Positions 10,275 through 19,973 of a DNA stretch of 64,000 bases are shown in pieces; position 1 is the stretch's first letter, and each line of letters starts with the position of its first letter. Location: positions 32,001 to 96,000 of IMG/VR virus record IMGVR_UViG_3300010048_000001, one strand, 5' to 3'. The notes under the pieces were generated by a model, which was not told the DNA's origin, ran no database searches, and saw only the letters and a program-made list of their open reading frames with translations. This DNA is from a virus. The translations under genes and the position numbers were made by a program.

Positions 10275-10291
10275 GGGTACACAAGGTACCC
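10275..10291. promoter_or_regulatory. Putative repressor operator GGGTAC-acaag-GTACCC
   Basis: Perfect palindromic arms within an approximately 60-bp upstream block similar to 9583-9639. Confidence 0.7.
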
Positions 10292-10410
10292 GTGCAGGAA
10301 TGGACGATTTTTGGACGTCGAGGGCGCTATGTCCCGCGAATGCGCCACCTCATACTAGCGCTCGGCATTGTCGCCGTGATCCTCGAGGCCGCGATCTGCG
10401 CGCGGCGCCT

Positions 10411-10605
10411 TCACCGCGGTGGCAAAATCTCGATCGGAATGCCCGTCCAAGAGAGGACCGTAGGCCCCGGAGGAATACGGGCATACGGGAAAAGAACCTC
10501 AAAATCGTCGCCGTAAATCAGTAGCTTCTCCGGTAGCTCGCCGATCTGTCGAAGCCGCGCCGCAATAAAGGCGTTCACGTCCGCAATCGAACGGAAGCCC
10601 ATCAA
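10411..10605 (-). CDS. Hypothetical protein
   Basis: Coupled small ORF in the minus-strand operon. Confidence 0.5.
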   Translation of the reverse strand: MMGFRSIADVNAFIAARLRQIGELPEKLLIYGDDFEVLFPYARIPPGPTVLSWTGIPIEILPPR

Positions 10606-10793
10606 ACACCCCGCTCGATCGTCGCAATAAGCTCGCCCAGCACCTCAGTCGGCCGCGTCCGCAACATCCAGACCCGATCCGCCTTCAGCCATTCCCGAAT
10701 CGCACCCGCACACCGAGCTCGCTCAGCCGAAACCGCAGCCTCAGTGTCGATATCTCTTATGTAACGGCGCGGAGGGTCGCGATCGTCCATCAT
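10602..10793 (-). CDS. Hypothetical protein
   Basis: Coupled small ORF; AERARCA motif typical of small phage proteins. Confidence 0.55.
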   Translation of the reverse strand: MMDDRDPPRRYIRDIDTEAAVSAERARCAGAIREWLKADRVWMLRTRPTEVLGELIATIERGV

Positions 10794-11227
10794 AGAGCCG
10801 GCTCTCTACGCGGTGGATTGGGATTGTTCCAATCAAGTGCCCGCACATAGCGATTGTGCGTCCTGAACCACGCCATATTGTCCTCGACCTCAGAAACACG
10901 CTTATGGTGTACCCGCGGCCGAGGCGCCGCCTCCTCCGCCGCCACCGGAGGCATCATTACCGCAGCACCCGCAATCGCAGGCAACCCGGGCAAGCCGCCA
11001 GGACCCACCTGCACCGGCAACGTCGCATTAACCGGAGGACTCGCAGTCGCCATCCCGCCCATCCCCATCTGCGTGAACGTCAGACAGCTCGCCGACTGCT
11101 GACTCCCATCAGAGATCTTCGCGCAGTCGTAGACATTAATCGTGACAGGCGATATCCCCGGTGCTTGCGCACAGGCCGAGAGCCCAAGCATAGCCGCCGC
11201 CCCTAAACGCCAGATGCGGGGATGCAT
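10790..11227 (-). CDS. Putative lipoprotein
   Basis: Lipobox LSAC after a hydrophobic stretch. Confidence 0.65.
   Translation of the reverse strand: MHPRIWRLGAAAMLGLSACAQAPGISPVTINVYDCAKISDGSQQSASCLTFTQMGMGGMATASPPVNATLPVQVGPGGLPGLPAIAGAAVMMPPVAAEEAAPRPRVHHKRVSEVEDNMAWFRTHNRYVRALDWNNPNPPRREPAL
11203..11222. repeat. 20-bp direct repeat flanking the HNH gene (copy 1; copy 2 at 11864-11883)
   Basis: CTAAACGCCAGATGCGGGGA versus CTAAACGCCAGAGGCGGGGA. Confidence 0.85.
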
Positions 11228-11853
11228 GCGCGACCCTTTTTAAGATTATCGCTGCGCCATAAGGGCTGTAAATTTGTGTAGTGCACAGCGGCAAGAAATT
11301 GCGAACGATCAGAAAGATCAAAGGATGCTAATGGCCTTATGTGATCTAAGTGCCACCCATCGAAAGACCAGTTGTCCCACGTCATCCCCGACGAGAACTT
11401 AGATTCCATATATTCTTTAAATTGCTCTGGCGAGCACCCGAGGTCCTTGACCACAGAACCGCCTTTCATCCCCCGCTTTATCGCCAACCGCAAGCGGGTG
11501 CGAAGATAATGGGTTATCTTGTAGATAACATCATTCTTTAGGCGCTCTCGTGTATAACTAACAGCTGAGCTAATCCTAGCTCCTCTATTTCTATAATAAT
11601 TATCTCTACGCATAGCCCTGTTTTTCTCCAGATCTCTTCTATATTTATTTAGATCCTCCGCACGGACTGCATCGGGATGCATGAGCCGTCGTAGCTTTTT
11701 GTTCTTCCGATCGATTATACGCCGGCATTCAACACAACCATAATTGTGAACGACCCGTTGCGCGATGTGCCCTCTTCCGCACGGCTCCCCGGTAAAATAA
11801 TGGTATAGGCCTCTTGACTTTGCTGCAGATCGGCTGACGAGCTCTAACATCAT
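11203..11853 (-). CDS. HNH endonuclease (endonuclease VII-like mobile nuclease) with N-terminal Zn finger
   Basis: YFTGEPCGRGH..CVEC; GCS..GMTWDNW..WHLDHIRPLASFDL..NLQPLW..NLKK; low GC. Confidence 0.88.
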   Translation of the reverse strand: MMLELVSRSAAKSRGLYHYFTGEPCGRGHIAQRVVHNYGCVECRRIIDRKNKKLRRLMHPDAVRAEDLNKYRRDLEKNRAMRRDNYYRNRGARISSAVSYTRERLKNDVIYKITHYLRTRLRLAIKRGMKGGSVVKDLGCSPEQFKEYMESKFSSGMTWDNWSFDGWHLDHIRPLASFDLSDRSQFLAAVHYTNLQPLWRSDNLKKGRACIPASGV

Positions 11854-11863
11854 GCGTTGTTTT

Positions 11864-12193
11864 CTAAACGCCAGAGGCGGGGACAAAACAGAAGACGAAC
11901 CCCTCACGAGACACAGCCGGATCCCGGCTAACAAACAAAACACCACGGCCCGTCGGGTTTACCCGGTCCCAAATCACCTTTACGGCCGGGACGTGCACAT
12001 CAGCCGCGCCCACCATTGCCTCAAAGCTGCCGTCGGCGTTCTCCATATACGAGTCCGGGTAATACTGATCGGCAGGGCCGCAACACGGCCCAGCAAAATC
12101 CGGCCGCATCAACGAACCCATCCACTCGGCGAAGGGGTCATCCGCGCTGTGGACAAGCACAAACCCAGCCAGCGCAATCGCCGAAACCCTCAC
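11864..12193 (-). CDS. Secreted Cys-containing phage protein
   Basis: Signal peptide; W..SL...PCCGPAD...FCFVP pattern. Confidence 0.7.
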   Translation of the reverse strand: MRVSAIALAGFVLVHSADDPFAEWMGSLMRPDFAGPCCGPADQYYPDSYMENADGSFEAMVGAADVHVPAVKVIWDRVNPTGRGVLFVSRDPAVSREGFVFCFVPASGV

Positions 12194-12507
12194 CGCCGCG
12201 GCTCACACATCTTGCAGACGCAGTTCGCCGCATACCGCGGGCTAATATGCCCACGCCGACACGGACGCCCCGTGTAGTACGTCCGATCCCCATTCTCCAA
12301 CGCCGCCTCTCGCTCCGCACACCGCGGCCGTCCCAGCTTCGCTCGAGCCTCGTCCAGAAGACGCAGCAGAAACACCACCTCATCGCCCCAATAAACGGTC
12401 GGCGGATCTGGCTCGGCCTCTACCGCGGCCCTCAAACACGCCTCATACTCCTCGTCAGTCAGGACAGGGGCCGGTCTCCCACCACGGCCGGTCGTCTGCT
12501 CAGTCAT
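12190..12507 (-). CDS. Hypothetical protein with C-terminal Zn finger
   Basis: YYTGRPCRRGH...CKMC, the same module as the N-terminus of the neighbouring HNH. Confidence 0.65.
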   Translation of the reverse strand: MTEQTTGRGGRPAPVLTDEEYEACLRAAVEAEPDPPTVYWGDEVVFLLRLLDEARAKLGRPRCAEREAALENGDRTYYTGRPCRRGHISPRYAANCVCKMCEPRR

Positions 12508-12785
12508 GGTTTCTCCGGAGCCTTCAACCCCGCCACATACGACGCCCACCACGCCGCTAACTCCCCAGCACGCTGCTCCTGCAAACCAACCAGCCCACGC
12601 AAATACTGGTTCGCCCGCTCCATGCTCGTCACCGCAGCCTGCAGCGCAGCAACACGATCCGCCTCAACCTGAGCCGCCGCTACCTGCGCCGCACTCAACC
12701 CAGGAACCGACGCCGGAGCCTCCTGCCCATACGCCGGAAATCCAAAAACCAAACCACCCACCAAAAATAATATTTTTTTCACCAC
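12504..12785 (-). CDS. Secreted coiled-coil protein
   Basis: GAGGAG SD, GTG start, signal peptide ending PAYG, Ala/Gln helix. Confidence 0.55.
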   Translation of the reverse strand: MVKKILFLVGGLVFGFPAYGQEAPASVPGLSAAQVAAAQVEADRVAALQAAVTSMERANQYLRGLVGLQEQRAGELAAWWASYVAGLKAPEKP

Positions 12786-12840
12786 TCTCTCCTCTAAGGG
12801 GCCCCCTCCGTTTTCAGAGGCCAGCACTAACCAGAATCCC

Positions 12841-13068
12841 TCACCTCTCCCGAATCCCCAGCGGGAAAATAACCTCGCTCTCCCCAGCCGGACCACATTC
12901 CCACTCCTCAACCAACATCCCAGCTCCACTCTTCCGGTCAAATCCCCCACACGCCCTCATGTGCCCCAGCGCCTCAGTCTTGTCCCCAAATACCGCAACC
13001 ACCCGCTCACGAAAGTCGCCGTCCCACCACCGCTCCAATACTAAATATACCCGCCCCACCCCACTCAT
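12841..13068 (-). CDS. Hypothetical protein
   Basis: Coupled ORF; VYLV...VVAVF...EA pattern of small phage proteins. Confidence 0.55.
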   Translation of the reverse strand: MSGVGRVYLVLERWWDGDFRERVVAVFGDKTEALGHMRACGGFDRKSGAGMLVEEWECGPAGESEVIFPLGIRER

Positions 13069-13295
13069 TTCCGCGCAGCCTCTCGCGCCATCTCCTCGTC
13101 AACCAAACCATCCTCAATAAATACCGGATTCCCACAATCATCGTGATACAATGCCCGCCCGCTGTCCCGCAGCCACCTGTACCGAGCCGCTTCCCGCCAC
13201 AGCCTAAACCAGTCCGCAGACTCCCAGCCCTCCCACCAACTAGTGCGCTCCGACCCTTGTACCCGCACCTCACTCACCCCGATTCCAAGCGACAC
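13065..13295 (-). CDS. Hypothetical protein
   Basis: AARYRWLRD motif common in small phage proteins. Confidence 0.6.
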   Translation of the reverse strand: MSLGIGVSEVRVQGSERTSWWEGWESADWFRLWREAARYRWLRDSGRALYHDDCGNPVFIEDGLVDEEMAREAARK

Positions 13296-14249
13296 GCATC
13301 CCGAAATTCACCCCAGCAAATACATTGCCGGAATTATTCCCAGCACTACCGGACTCCCCTTTTTCATCAACTCAACCATCCCCACGCTAGCCGTGAATCA
13401 CCACAACCCAAACCCACACCGCCAGCAACGCACCCCACACCGCCGAAACCGCACACGCAGCCGGTGACTTCCGATACCCCCCATCAGTCACAGCTATTAA
13501 ATTACCCAGAACAATCACCACCGACGATGCCACCCAAAACCATGCCATTATCGCTTCCAGAGCTATTGCAGAGTGTGGACGAAGGTGCAGTTGGATGCGC
13601 CCGCCTGCCTGTGCCAGCGGCCCCCACCGTACCCCGGCTTGGGACCCATTGCGGGCCTGGCTGAACCCTGTGGGCTGGGGATACCTTCCGGCGAGGGCGC
13701 CATCAGAGGAAGCTCGCGATCGCCAACAGCACGCATGCAATGATCGTCACGACAATCGCAAACAGGATCAATATTCCACCCGCATATTCCACCACACCGC
13801 TCTCAAGCCGTTGACGTAGTTTCATTTTTCTCAGCCATTCCTCAGATGGGCTATCTGCCGTAATGATCTGGGGTTGCGAAACGATTCGGCCCTGCCACCC
13901 TTACTCGCATGATAGACTCACGCCCAGCGGTTCTCGAGGATGGCTGATGTCAGCTGGGGCCGAAGCAGCTGAAGGAGTACGGCCGGGCGTATCTGGGTCA
14001 TGTGCGCGCCGGAGGTTTAATCATGCGCATCAGGTTGAGACCTCTGTTAGGGTCTTTCTCATCATCGAGCGGTAGCGGGCTATTGCGGACGGGCGCGATC
14101 GATGACATTGACGGTTGGGCCGAGATTCTTCCGAATGGTGCTGAGGATTTCCTGCTGTATTTCCGTGCGAATATCATCGGCTATGCCGTTAGAGCAGCCG
14201 CGGTCATCGAGGGCGGTATGAATCGCAATGGCTTGTTGCTCTTTGGGGC

Positions 14250-14852
14250 TCATTGGTCATCCGGCTGAGGGGTGACGTCGATCATTTCTGCTGCATCGTC
14301 TGGGCCGACGTTTTCGAGTTGGGGAAGGTATTCGATGGCGCCTTGGAGGAGGGCCTCGACGCGCTCGAAGCGTTGGGCGGCGGTCATTTGGGTAACGATG
14401 TGCTCGACGGAGCCGGTATGTTGATGCTCGACGCGATCACGCCAAAGGTGTGGTTGGCGGTTACGGAGCCAAAGCGAGCACGCGTTGACATCGGGCGGTG
14501 CGTGTTGTTTGACCATTGTGCGGACGAGATCGCCGTCTTTGGTGATGAACACTTTTTCGGTTTCGTAGTCGTATCCGATACCGCGCTGATAGAGGCTTTT
14601 GGCCATTTTGCCATCGGCTTCGCCTCTACCTTTAAGAAGCGCGGCTTTAAAGCTTGGTTTATGTCTTTTCCAATAAGTGATGGTTGCTGGCGAGACGCCG
14701 AATGTCTCGCTAATTTCGATATCTGTGTATCCGAGTAGGGCGTATTGAAAGGCGCGCTGAGCGAAGTCCGGCTTATACTTTGATGGTGGGCCGGACGTCT
14801 TGATAGCGTCGAGGGGCTCGACATCGATTATCTCGATCTCTGTGTCGCTCAT
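14250..14852 (-). CDS. terS: Terminase small subunit
   Basis: GPPSKYKP, HTH (GYTDIEISETFGVSPATITYWK), SLYQRGIGY, PPDVNACSLWLRNRQP..WRDR. Confidence 0.88.
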   Translation of the reverse strand: MSDTEIEIIDVEPLDAIKTSGPPSKYKPDFAQRAFQYALLGYTDIEISETFGVSPATITYWKRHKPSFKAALLKGRGEADGKMAKSLYQRGIGYDYETEKVFITKDGDLVRTMVKQHAPPDVNACSLWLRNRQPHLWRDRVEHQHTGSVEHIVTQMTAAQRFERVEALLQGAIEYLPQLENVGPDDAAEMIDVTPQPDDQ

Positions 14853-15484
14853 TTCAGGATATTTGGTGTATCGCCGCGGAAGTGGATTCTTGGGGTATCA
14901 GGCATAAGGAAAGCGAAGCCGCCGTCTTCGTGATGGACGGTGAGGATGTGGGATTTATGGAAGGGGTCGAGGAATTCGAAGCCCTGCTGGACGTGTCGCT
15001 TCACGTAGGAATCGGGGGATGGGACACCATCGCCGACATTTACGAAGAGCTTTAGGTCATCGATTAGGACGGCGTAGTTGCCGTCTGGGCGCAGGTTACG
15101 GATGCGGCGTAGCTCCTCATGGAGCGGCACCCAGGCTTCGACATCGGCATCGAGGTCTCGGGGATCATCCTGTATGTCACCGCTGGCGAAGTGAGCGTCG
15201 AGGAAGAAGAACACGCCGCGTCTAGCGCAGTCGTGGTTTGTGGTGAGAAGTGTGTGCAAGAGGTCGACGCTTTTGCCTTGGAGGATTGTGACGCGGGGAT
15301 CGCACTCGAAGCGCTGGATGGCGCGGGCGTAGTTGTTGGGTTCGAGTTCGAGCGAGAAGAGGCGTTCGAAGCCGTGCAGGGCGGCATAGGCGAGGGAAGT
15401 GCCGTTACCGACGCCTGTTTCCACGAAGATGGGGAAGCGAGCGACGAACTCGGGGGGGATCGTCCATTGTGTGAGGCAGCCCAT
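14849..15484 (-). CDS. Class I SAM-dependent methyltransferase-like protein
   Basis: FVETGVGNG, SLELEP, QGKS, FFLDAHF and LIDD motifs. Confidence 0.75.
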   Translation of the reverse strand: MGCLTQWTIPPEFVARFPIFVETGVGNGTSLAYAALHGFERLFSLELEPNNYARAIQRFECDPRVTILQGKSVDLLHTLLTTNHDCARRGVFFFLDAHFASGDIQDDPRDLDADVEAWVPLHEELRRIRNLRPDGNYAVLIDDLKLFVNVGDGVPSPDSYVKRHVQQGFEFLDPFHKSHILTVHHEDGGFAFLMPDTPRIHFRGDTPNILK

Positions 15485-15637
15485 CGGTTTTATTTCAGGG
15501 GCCTGTTGCAGATGTGGCAGGTGTTGCTTGAGGCCACGAGCACGAGGAGCGTGACGAGGATCGCTATGCCAATTAGCGCGACGGCGATAGTTTGCTCAGG
15601 GCTCATGACGAGTTCGGTGCAGGGCACGCTGCTCATT

Positions 15638-16237
15638 TTATGGGTCTGGAATGGTCGCGGTTACGTGGATGCCGAGGGTGATTTCTCCACCGGGCGCTGC
15701 GGGATAGGCGGTTTTTGGATCGTGCATGTAGGCGCCGCCTGGGCAATTATTCCCGCGACGCTGGACTGCCCACACTAACACATCCCCCGCCTTTACGGTG
15801 GAATGGATCTTTGGCGGCTGCAGCGAAGTGTAAAGCGCTCGACAAAGCCCGCCGTCTAACCCACAGCTGGGCCAATCGACAGGCTTGGCTACCTGCACCT
15901 GCGCAACCTCGGGGATGAGGTTGGGATTGACCACCCCAACATTGTTGCCGGAGTGAAAGCCGTTGGGCTGCGGTCCGGCGTTGTAGATCGCGACGGCCGG
16001 ATAATTCGTGAAATCGTTCTCATCGCCGTTAGTGCCGAGACACATCCAGTTCTGGCCGAATTCCTTAAAGACCCAATCGACAACTCCGTCGTGATCAACG
16101 ACTTGGGCTCGCAAGATATTACCGACCGCCGGCAACAGCGCCGGCCCCATCGCGGGAATGACCTCAGTGTAGTTCTCGGCAAGGGCTGGTGTCGTCACAA
16201 GCAACGCGGTCGCGAGGGCGAGCGGAAGATAGTTCAC
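15638..16237 (-). CDS. Secreted hypothetical protein
   Basis: GGAG SD, GTG start, signal peptide ending PALA. Confidence 0.65.
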   Translation of the reverse strand: MNYLPLALATALLVTTPALAENYTEVIPAMGPALLPAVGNILRAQVVDHDGVVDWVFKEFGQNWMCLGTNGDENDFTNYPAVAIYNAGPQPNGFHSGNNVGVVNPNLIPEVAQVQVAKPVDWPSCGLDGGLCRALYTSLQPPKIHSTVKAGDVLVWAVQRRGNNCPGGAYMHDPKTAYPAAPGGEITLGIHVTATIPDP

Positions 16238-16436
16238 TACGTCTTCTCCTTCTCGTTCTTGGATTCGACATAGGCGGTGCGCTCTGTGTCCTCGCCCTTT
16301 AGGGCTGCGGCGAGGCAGGCAAGCAGGATCAGGCCGAAGCCGATTATCCCGCAGCAGAGGACGATATCGAGCGTCATAGCGACTCGGCTTTAGCACAAAA
16401 TGTACCCGTCTGTGAAGGGAGGGAGAAAAAAGTAAT

Positions 16437-16453
16437 GGGTACGACTTGTACCC
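16437..16453. promoter_or_regulatory. Putative repressor operator GGGTAC-gactt-GTACCC (second degenerate site at 16391-16407)
   Basis: Perfect palindromic arms in the divergent intergenic region heading the plus-strand island. Confidence 0.7.
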
Positions 16454-16699
16454 TGCCACGGCCGTGGTTATATGTTGTACCGGAGAAATCCGATACGGCC
16501 GCAGAAGGGAAATCCGATGAAAATCTGGTACGGGGCCACGCCGATGACCGACATCGAAATGGTCTGCCGTCTTATGATCGCTCGCGCCGCCGCGAAGACT
16601 TTAGGCGGCGACAAGCTTGATTGGTTTGACACGATCTTAGCCGCTGCCGGGTATTGGACTCTGCCTGAGTGGGTTCCTGCATTACCCAACGCTTAGGCT

Positions 16700-16957
16700 A
16701 TGACCAATCACCCTAACCGCAACCGGCGTTATACGCTGCCCAACAGCAAGCGGGTTGCCCAGCGGCACACCTACGACAATGGCTTGGTCGAGATATACGT
16801 GGTGGGAACGGACGGCGTCCGTGCCTGTATTACGCGGCAAGAGCCAGGGATGGCGTGGTGTCTGTACGTAAACGGCAGACTCGTGGTTCGTAGTTTCACG
16901 CTGGGCTTCATGTTGCGGCAACTCGACATGGCGTTAACCGAGGAAGAACACCGATGA
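16700..16957 (+). CDS. Hypothetical protein
   Basis: MTNHPNR N-terminus frequent in phage early proteins. Confidence 0.6.
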   Translation: MTNHPNRNRRYTLPNSKRVAQRHTYDNGLVEIYVVGTDGVRACITRQEPGMAWCLYVNGRLVVRSFTLGFMLRQLDMALTEEEHR

Positions 16958-18880
16958 TCGATAAACCTCATAGCTGGCTAACGAACTGTCCAGAAGCTGC
17001 CGCTGCTCTGCGGCGAGCGGATGCAGCTTACGAACAAGAATGCGCGAATGCCGCACATCTCAAGCTAGCGGACAAGGTGATTTCCTACCGCTGCGCCAAA
17101 CAACGCTGGCGTCAGGCTTACGATCGCATCGCCAACGGCGATTACACCTGAAACCGAGGGAGTTAAGCAATGAGCCGAGCGGTCTGGTTAGGCTGTATCC
17201 TGGTAGCGCATCGCCAGCGCACCGGATCGTATAAAGGATTATCCGACGCGCAAATGCGCGACTTGCTCGCTGCGGTCAGCGCGGGCACCAGCTGGACGAT
17301 GACCTCGCCCAACGCGGGCTATCACTCATCCTCTCCCGTAGTGTGGGCCGTCCCATGAGCCGCGATTACAACGTCGACCTGTTGTGGAGCGACGGCACGC
17401 TAAGCGAGCGCGTGCTGGTCCGCACCACGTCACCCGAGCGCGCTGTTGATCTAGCGGCACGCGTTGTGCGGCAATTCGGTCCAGCGCCTGAGGTGGGCGC
17501 GGCGATCGAGGATAGCGAAGTGAGGATCGGATGAACGCGATCCAGATCTCAGATCACCCCTCAAACCTAGACCCTACTGCGCGCCTCGTATCGACCCCGA
17601 GAGAAGAGCATTCAATTTTCTCAGTACGCGGCGGCTTCATTGCTTGCGTAGGCGCGGCAATGGCGCTGGAAGGTTTGTTTAAGACTGAAGCCGCGGCACG
17701 CGCTGCAATCCGAGCATATTGCGAGGGATGAGAGCCATGCGCACGCCACCCACCAAGATCATCGACAGCGAGAATTACGTGGTCGCTGAGGTCACGCGGA
17801 TGCGCGACTTCAAGGACTACGATTACGTTGCTATCCGGAAAGGGGACAACGTAATTACCGTCGAGATCGCCCAGGTGCCGGACCTGCTGCGCGCCATAAT
17901 GAAGGCGGCAAACACATGACCCATTACGATACATCCGCGAAAGCGTTTCTTGCGGAGCGCAAACTCAACGGCTCGCTGGTGCTCAAGATGACTGCGGAAG
18001 AGCAAAAGGCTCTCAACCGTGATTTTTTGTTCTGGCGCCGGGCGCGCGAATTAGCGAACTTAGTTCAGGAGTGAGGCTATGACCGTCGATCCCGATCACA
18101 CCCTCGTCCTTGCTATCCGCAAGCTATTAGACGGCCAGGAGTGGTCAAGCGACACCCTTGACGAGATTGCTTGGCTGATGACCGAGCACGGATACGCCAT
18201 CCGCGAGCCCACCAACGAAGAGGAGGATGCAGAATGAAGATCACCCTAAACCCGCGCCTCCAGTACGAGACGCGCGACGATGCGGAGCGGATGATCGAGG
18301 TTCATTGCCCTGCTGGATACCTCTACGAGGTTTATCCGGTCAGGACCACGCTCGTGCAGGTGCCGCTGTCGTTTGCCGTCAAGGTTTACGATGGCGACGA
18401 TTGCCGCTTTATCGGCTTCGCGTATGACGCAGAGGCCGAGGCGGATTTCGTAGCAACAGAGGAGGGGTTGCATGGCTAAGTTCATCATCGAATGGACCGT
18501 TATGGTCACAGTCGAAGCGGAGAACCATGAAGCTGCCGATAATCTCGTAAGCGAGTGGACGATCTTCGACGCACTCGACCACAACGCCACCGTCACACAC
18601 CCAACCGCAGCGGTCGAAGGAGCCACGTCATGAAGGAAATTCAATTCGACCAGCAATGCTGGCACCAAGCGCGCGGCCGCAACGGCTTTCTCAACTGCCA
18701 CGGAGTGGCTGTGTCCGATATGTCCGCCAGGGCGCACCTCTCCGATAACCACGCCGAGATTCATCTAAACCCCATAACGAGCAAGGGGCTGGCGAGCGAA
18801 TCCTGTCGCATCCCGATCCGCAAAAGCGCTATCCCGGAGCTTATAGCCGCCCTGCACGCAATCTGGATGGAGACAGCCGC

Positions 18881-19165
18881 ATGAAATCAAGATTGGTAGC
18901 GGCTTGTGTTGTGGTCGCCGCACTCACTAGATGCGCACCCGCGCACAACTGGCAACCGGGGCCGCAAGTCGCCGTGTCCGACTTCGAGCGCGACAAAGCC
19001 AGATGCGATTTCCTAGCACGCCATTCGGGCGGTGGCGGGTTCGCTATAGGCGGGCCGGCATTCCTGATCGGCTATGCCGTGGGGAACGCCATCGCGAGCA
19101 CAAACCGCGTTCAATCGGATTTCAACGACTGTATGATCGACCGAGGATGGGAGGTTGCGCCGTGA
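18881..19165 (+). CDS. Putative lipoprotein with glycine-zipper-like segment
   Basis: Hydrophobic leader with Cys; D..RC...CM..RGW pattern. Confidence 0.6.
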   Translation: MKSRLVAACVVVAALTRCAPAHNWQPGPQVAVSDFERDKARCDFLARHSGGGGFAIGGPAFLIGYAVGNAIASTNRVQSDFNDCMIDRGWEVAP

Positions 19166-19343
19166 CCAAGCGTCAGAAGTGTACTGAGTGCGGCCAACTA
19201 TCGCTGCCAGGCTTGGTGCGCGGGCACGGCAAATGCTGGTTTCACTGGGCCGCTGGTTGTTGCTGGGGCCGCACTTGGGCTGAATGGCTCCAATATGGTG
19301 GGTCGAGGCTAATCGCGCACTTTCCCGACAAGTAAAAAACTCC

Positions 19344-19369
19344 AGCCCGCCTTCTCGGCGGGCTTTTTT
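19344..19369 (+). terminator. Rho-independent terminator
   Basis: AGCCCGCC-ttctc-GGCGGGCT followed by a T-run, between convergent units. Confidence 0.85.
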
Positions 19370-19775
19370 ATTTCTCACTCGGGAACGGTGTGGATTGGGC
19401 AGCCCGCTCTTGCAGATGCTCGTCGAGCATCGGACGAGGCAAGGGCTTGACGCACTCATGGAGATATCCGAAGGCGTTGAACAACACACCGCAAATGGCG
19501 TCGGTGTCTGGGTGCCGCGCGTAGTGACTCCGCCACCATGCGTGCAGATGCCGCCAAGCAGATTTCATGAAGGCGCTCAGCGGCATCCCCTTTTTCCAAT
19601 TATCCTCATGACGATGAACGTCGGAATTATGACGGCGTAGGTAATCAACATAGACCTCGAGCGCATACGGCGAGAGGCTGCCGTCGAAATCCAATTTCCC
19701 CTCTGTGGTGTCCCGCGCAGCGCCCGAGGCGAATCGGCGCATCAATTCGCGCATTTCCTGTTTTTCTGCATTCAT
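19368..19775 (-). CDS. dATP/dGTP diphosphohydrolase-domain protein (DUF5664-like)
   Basis: RRFASGAARD..GKLDF; NWKKGMP...SAWRHL. Confidence 0.8.
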   Translation of the reverse strand: MNAEKQEMRELMRRFASGAARDTTEGKLDFDGSLSPYALEVYVDYLRRHNSDVHRHEDNWKKGMPLSAFMKSAWRHLHAWWRSHYARHPDTDAICGVLFNAFGYLHECVKPLPRPMLDEHLQERAAQSTPFPSEK

Positions 19776-19960
19776 GCGTCGTACCCAATTTGCTCCACCA
19801 AACTGGCTAGTATCGCCACCACATCGTCACGCGTGACAAAAAAATACATTTTCGTGTCGCTCTCTTGGTTCTCCATGACGAACGCGAATCGCTCGGCTGT
19901 ACCTTTGGGGAACTCCACCAAGGCGGTGCAGAACGCGTCAGCTTCCAAGCGGACGGTCAT
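19772..19960 (-). CDS. Hypothetical protein
   Basis: SD and ATGA coupling. Confidence 0.5.
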   Translation of the reverse strand: MTVRLEADAFCTALVEFPKGTAERFAFVMENQESDTKMYFFVTRDDVVAILASLVEQIGYDA

Positions 19961-19973
19961 CCCTCATCCGCGC

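Larger units (their letters stand above)
16517..19335 (+). other. Inverted island of about a dozen small, tightly packed early-type ORFs
   Basis: Examples: 16700-16957, 16954-17151, 17170-17358, 17531-17731, ..17919, ..18479, ..18884, 18881-19165. Frequent ATGA overlaps and SDs; operator upstream and terminator downstream. Confidence 0.75.

Noticed and set aside
13703-13825. 40-aa ORF MKLRQRLESGVVEYAGGILILF... as an Flp pilin mimic
   Set aside because: The G-to-EY spacing is 2 rather than the 4 residues of the Flp prepilin motif. It is probably a generic small membrane peptide.
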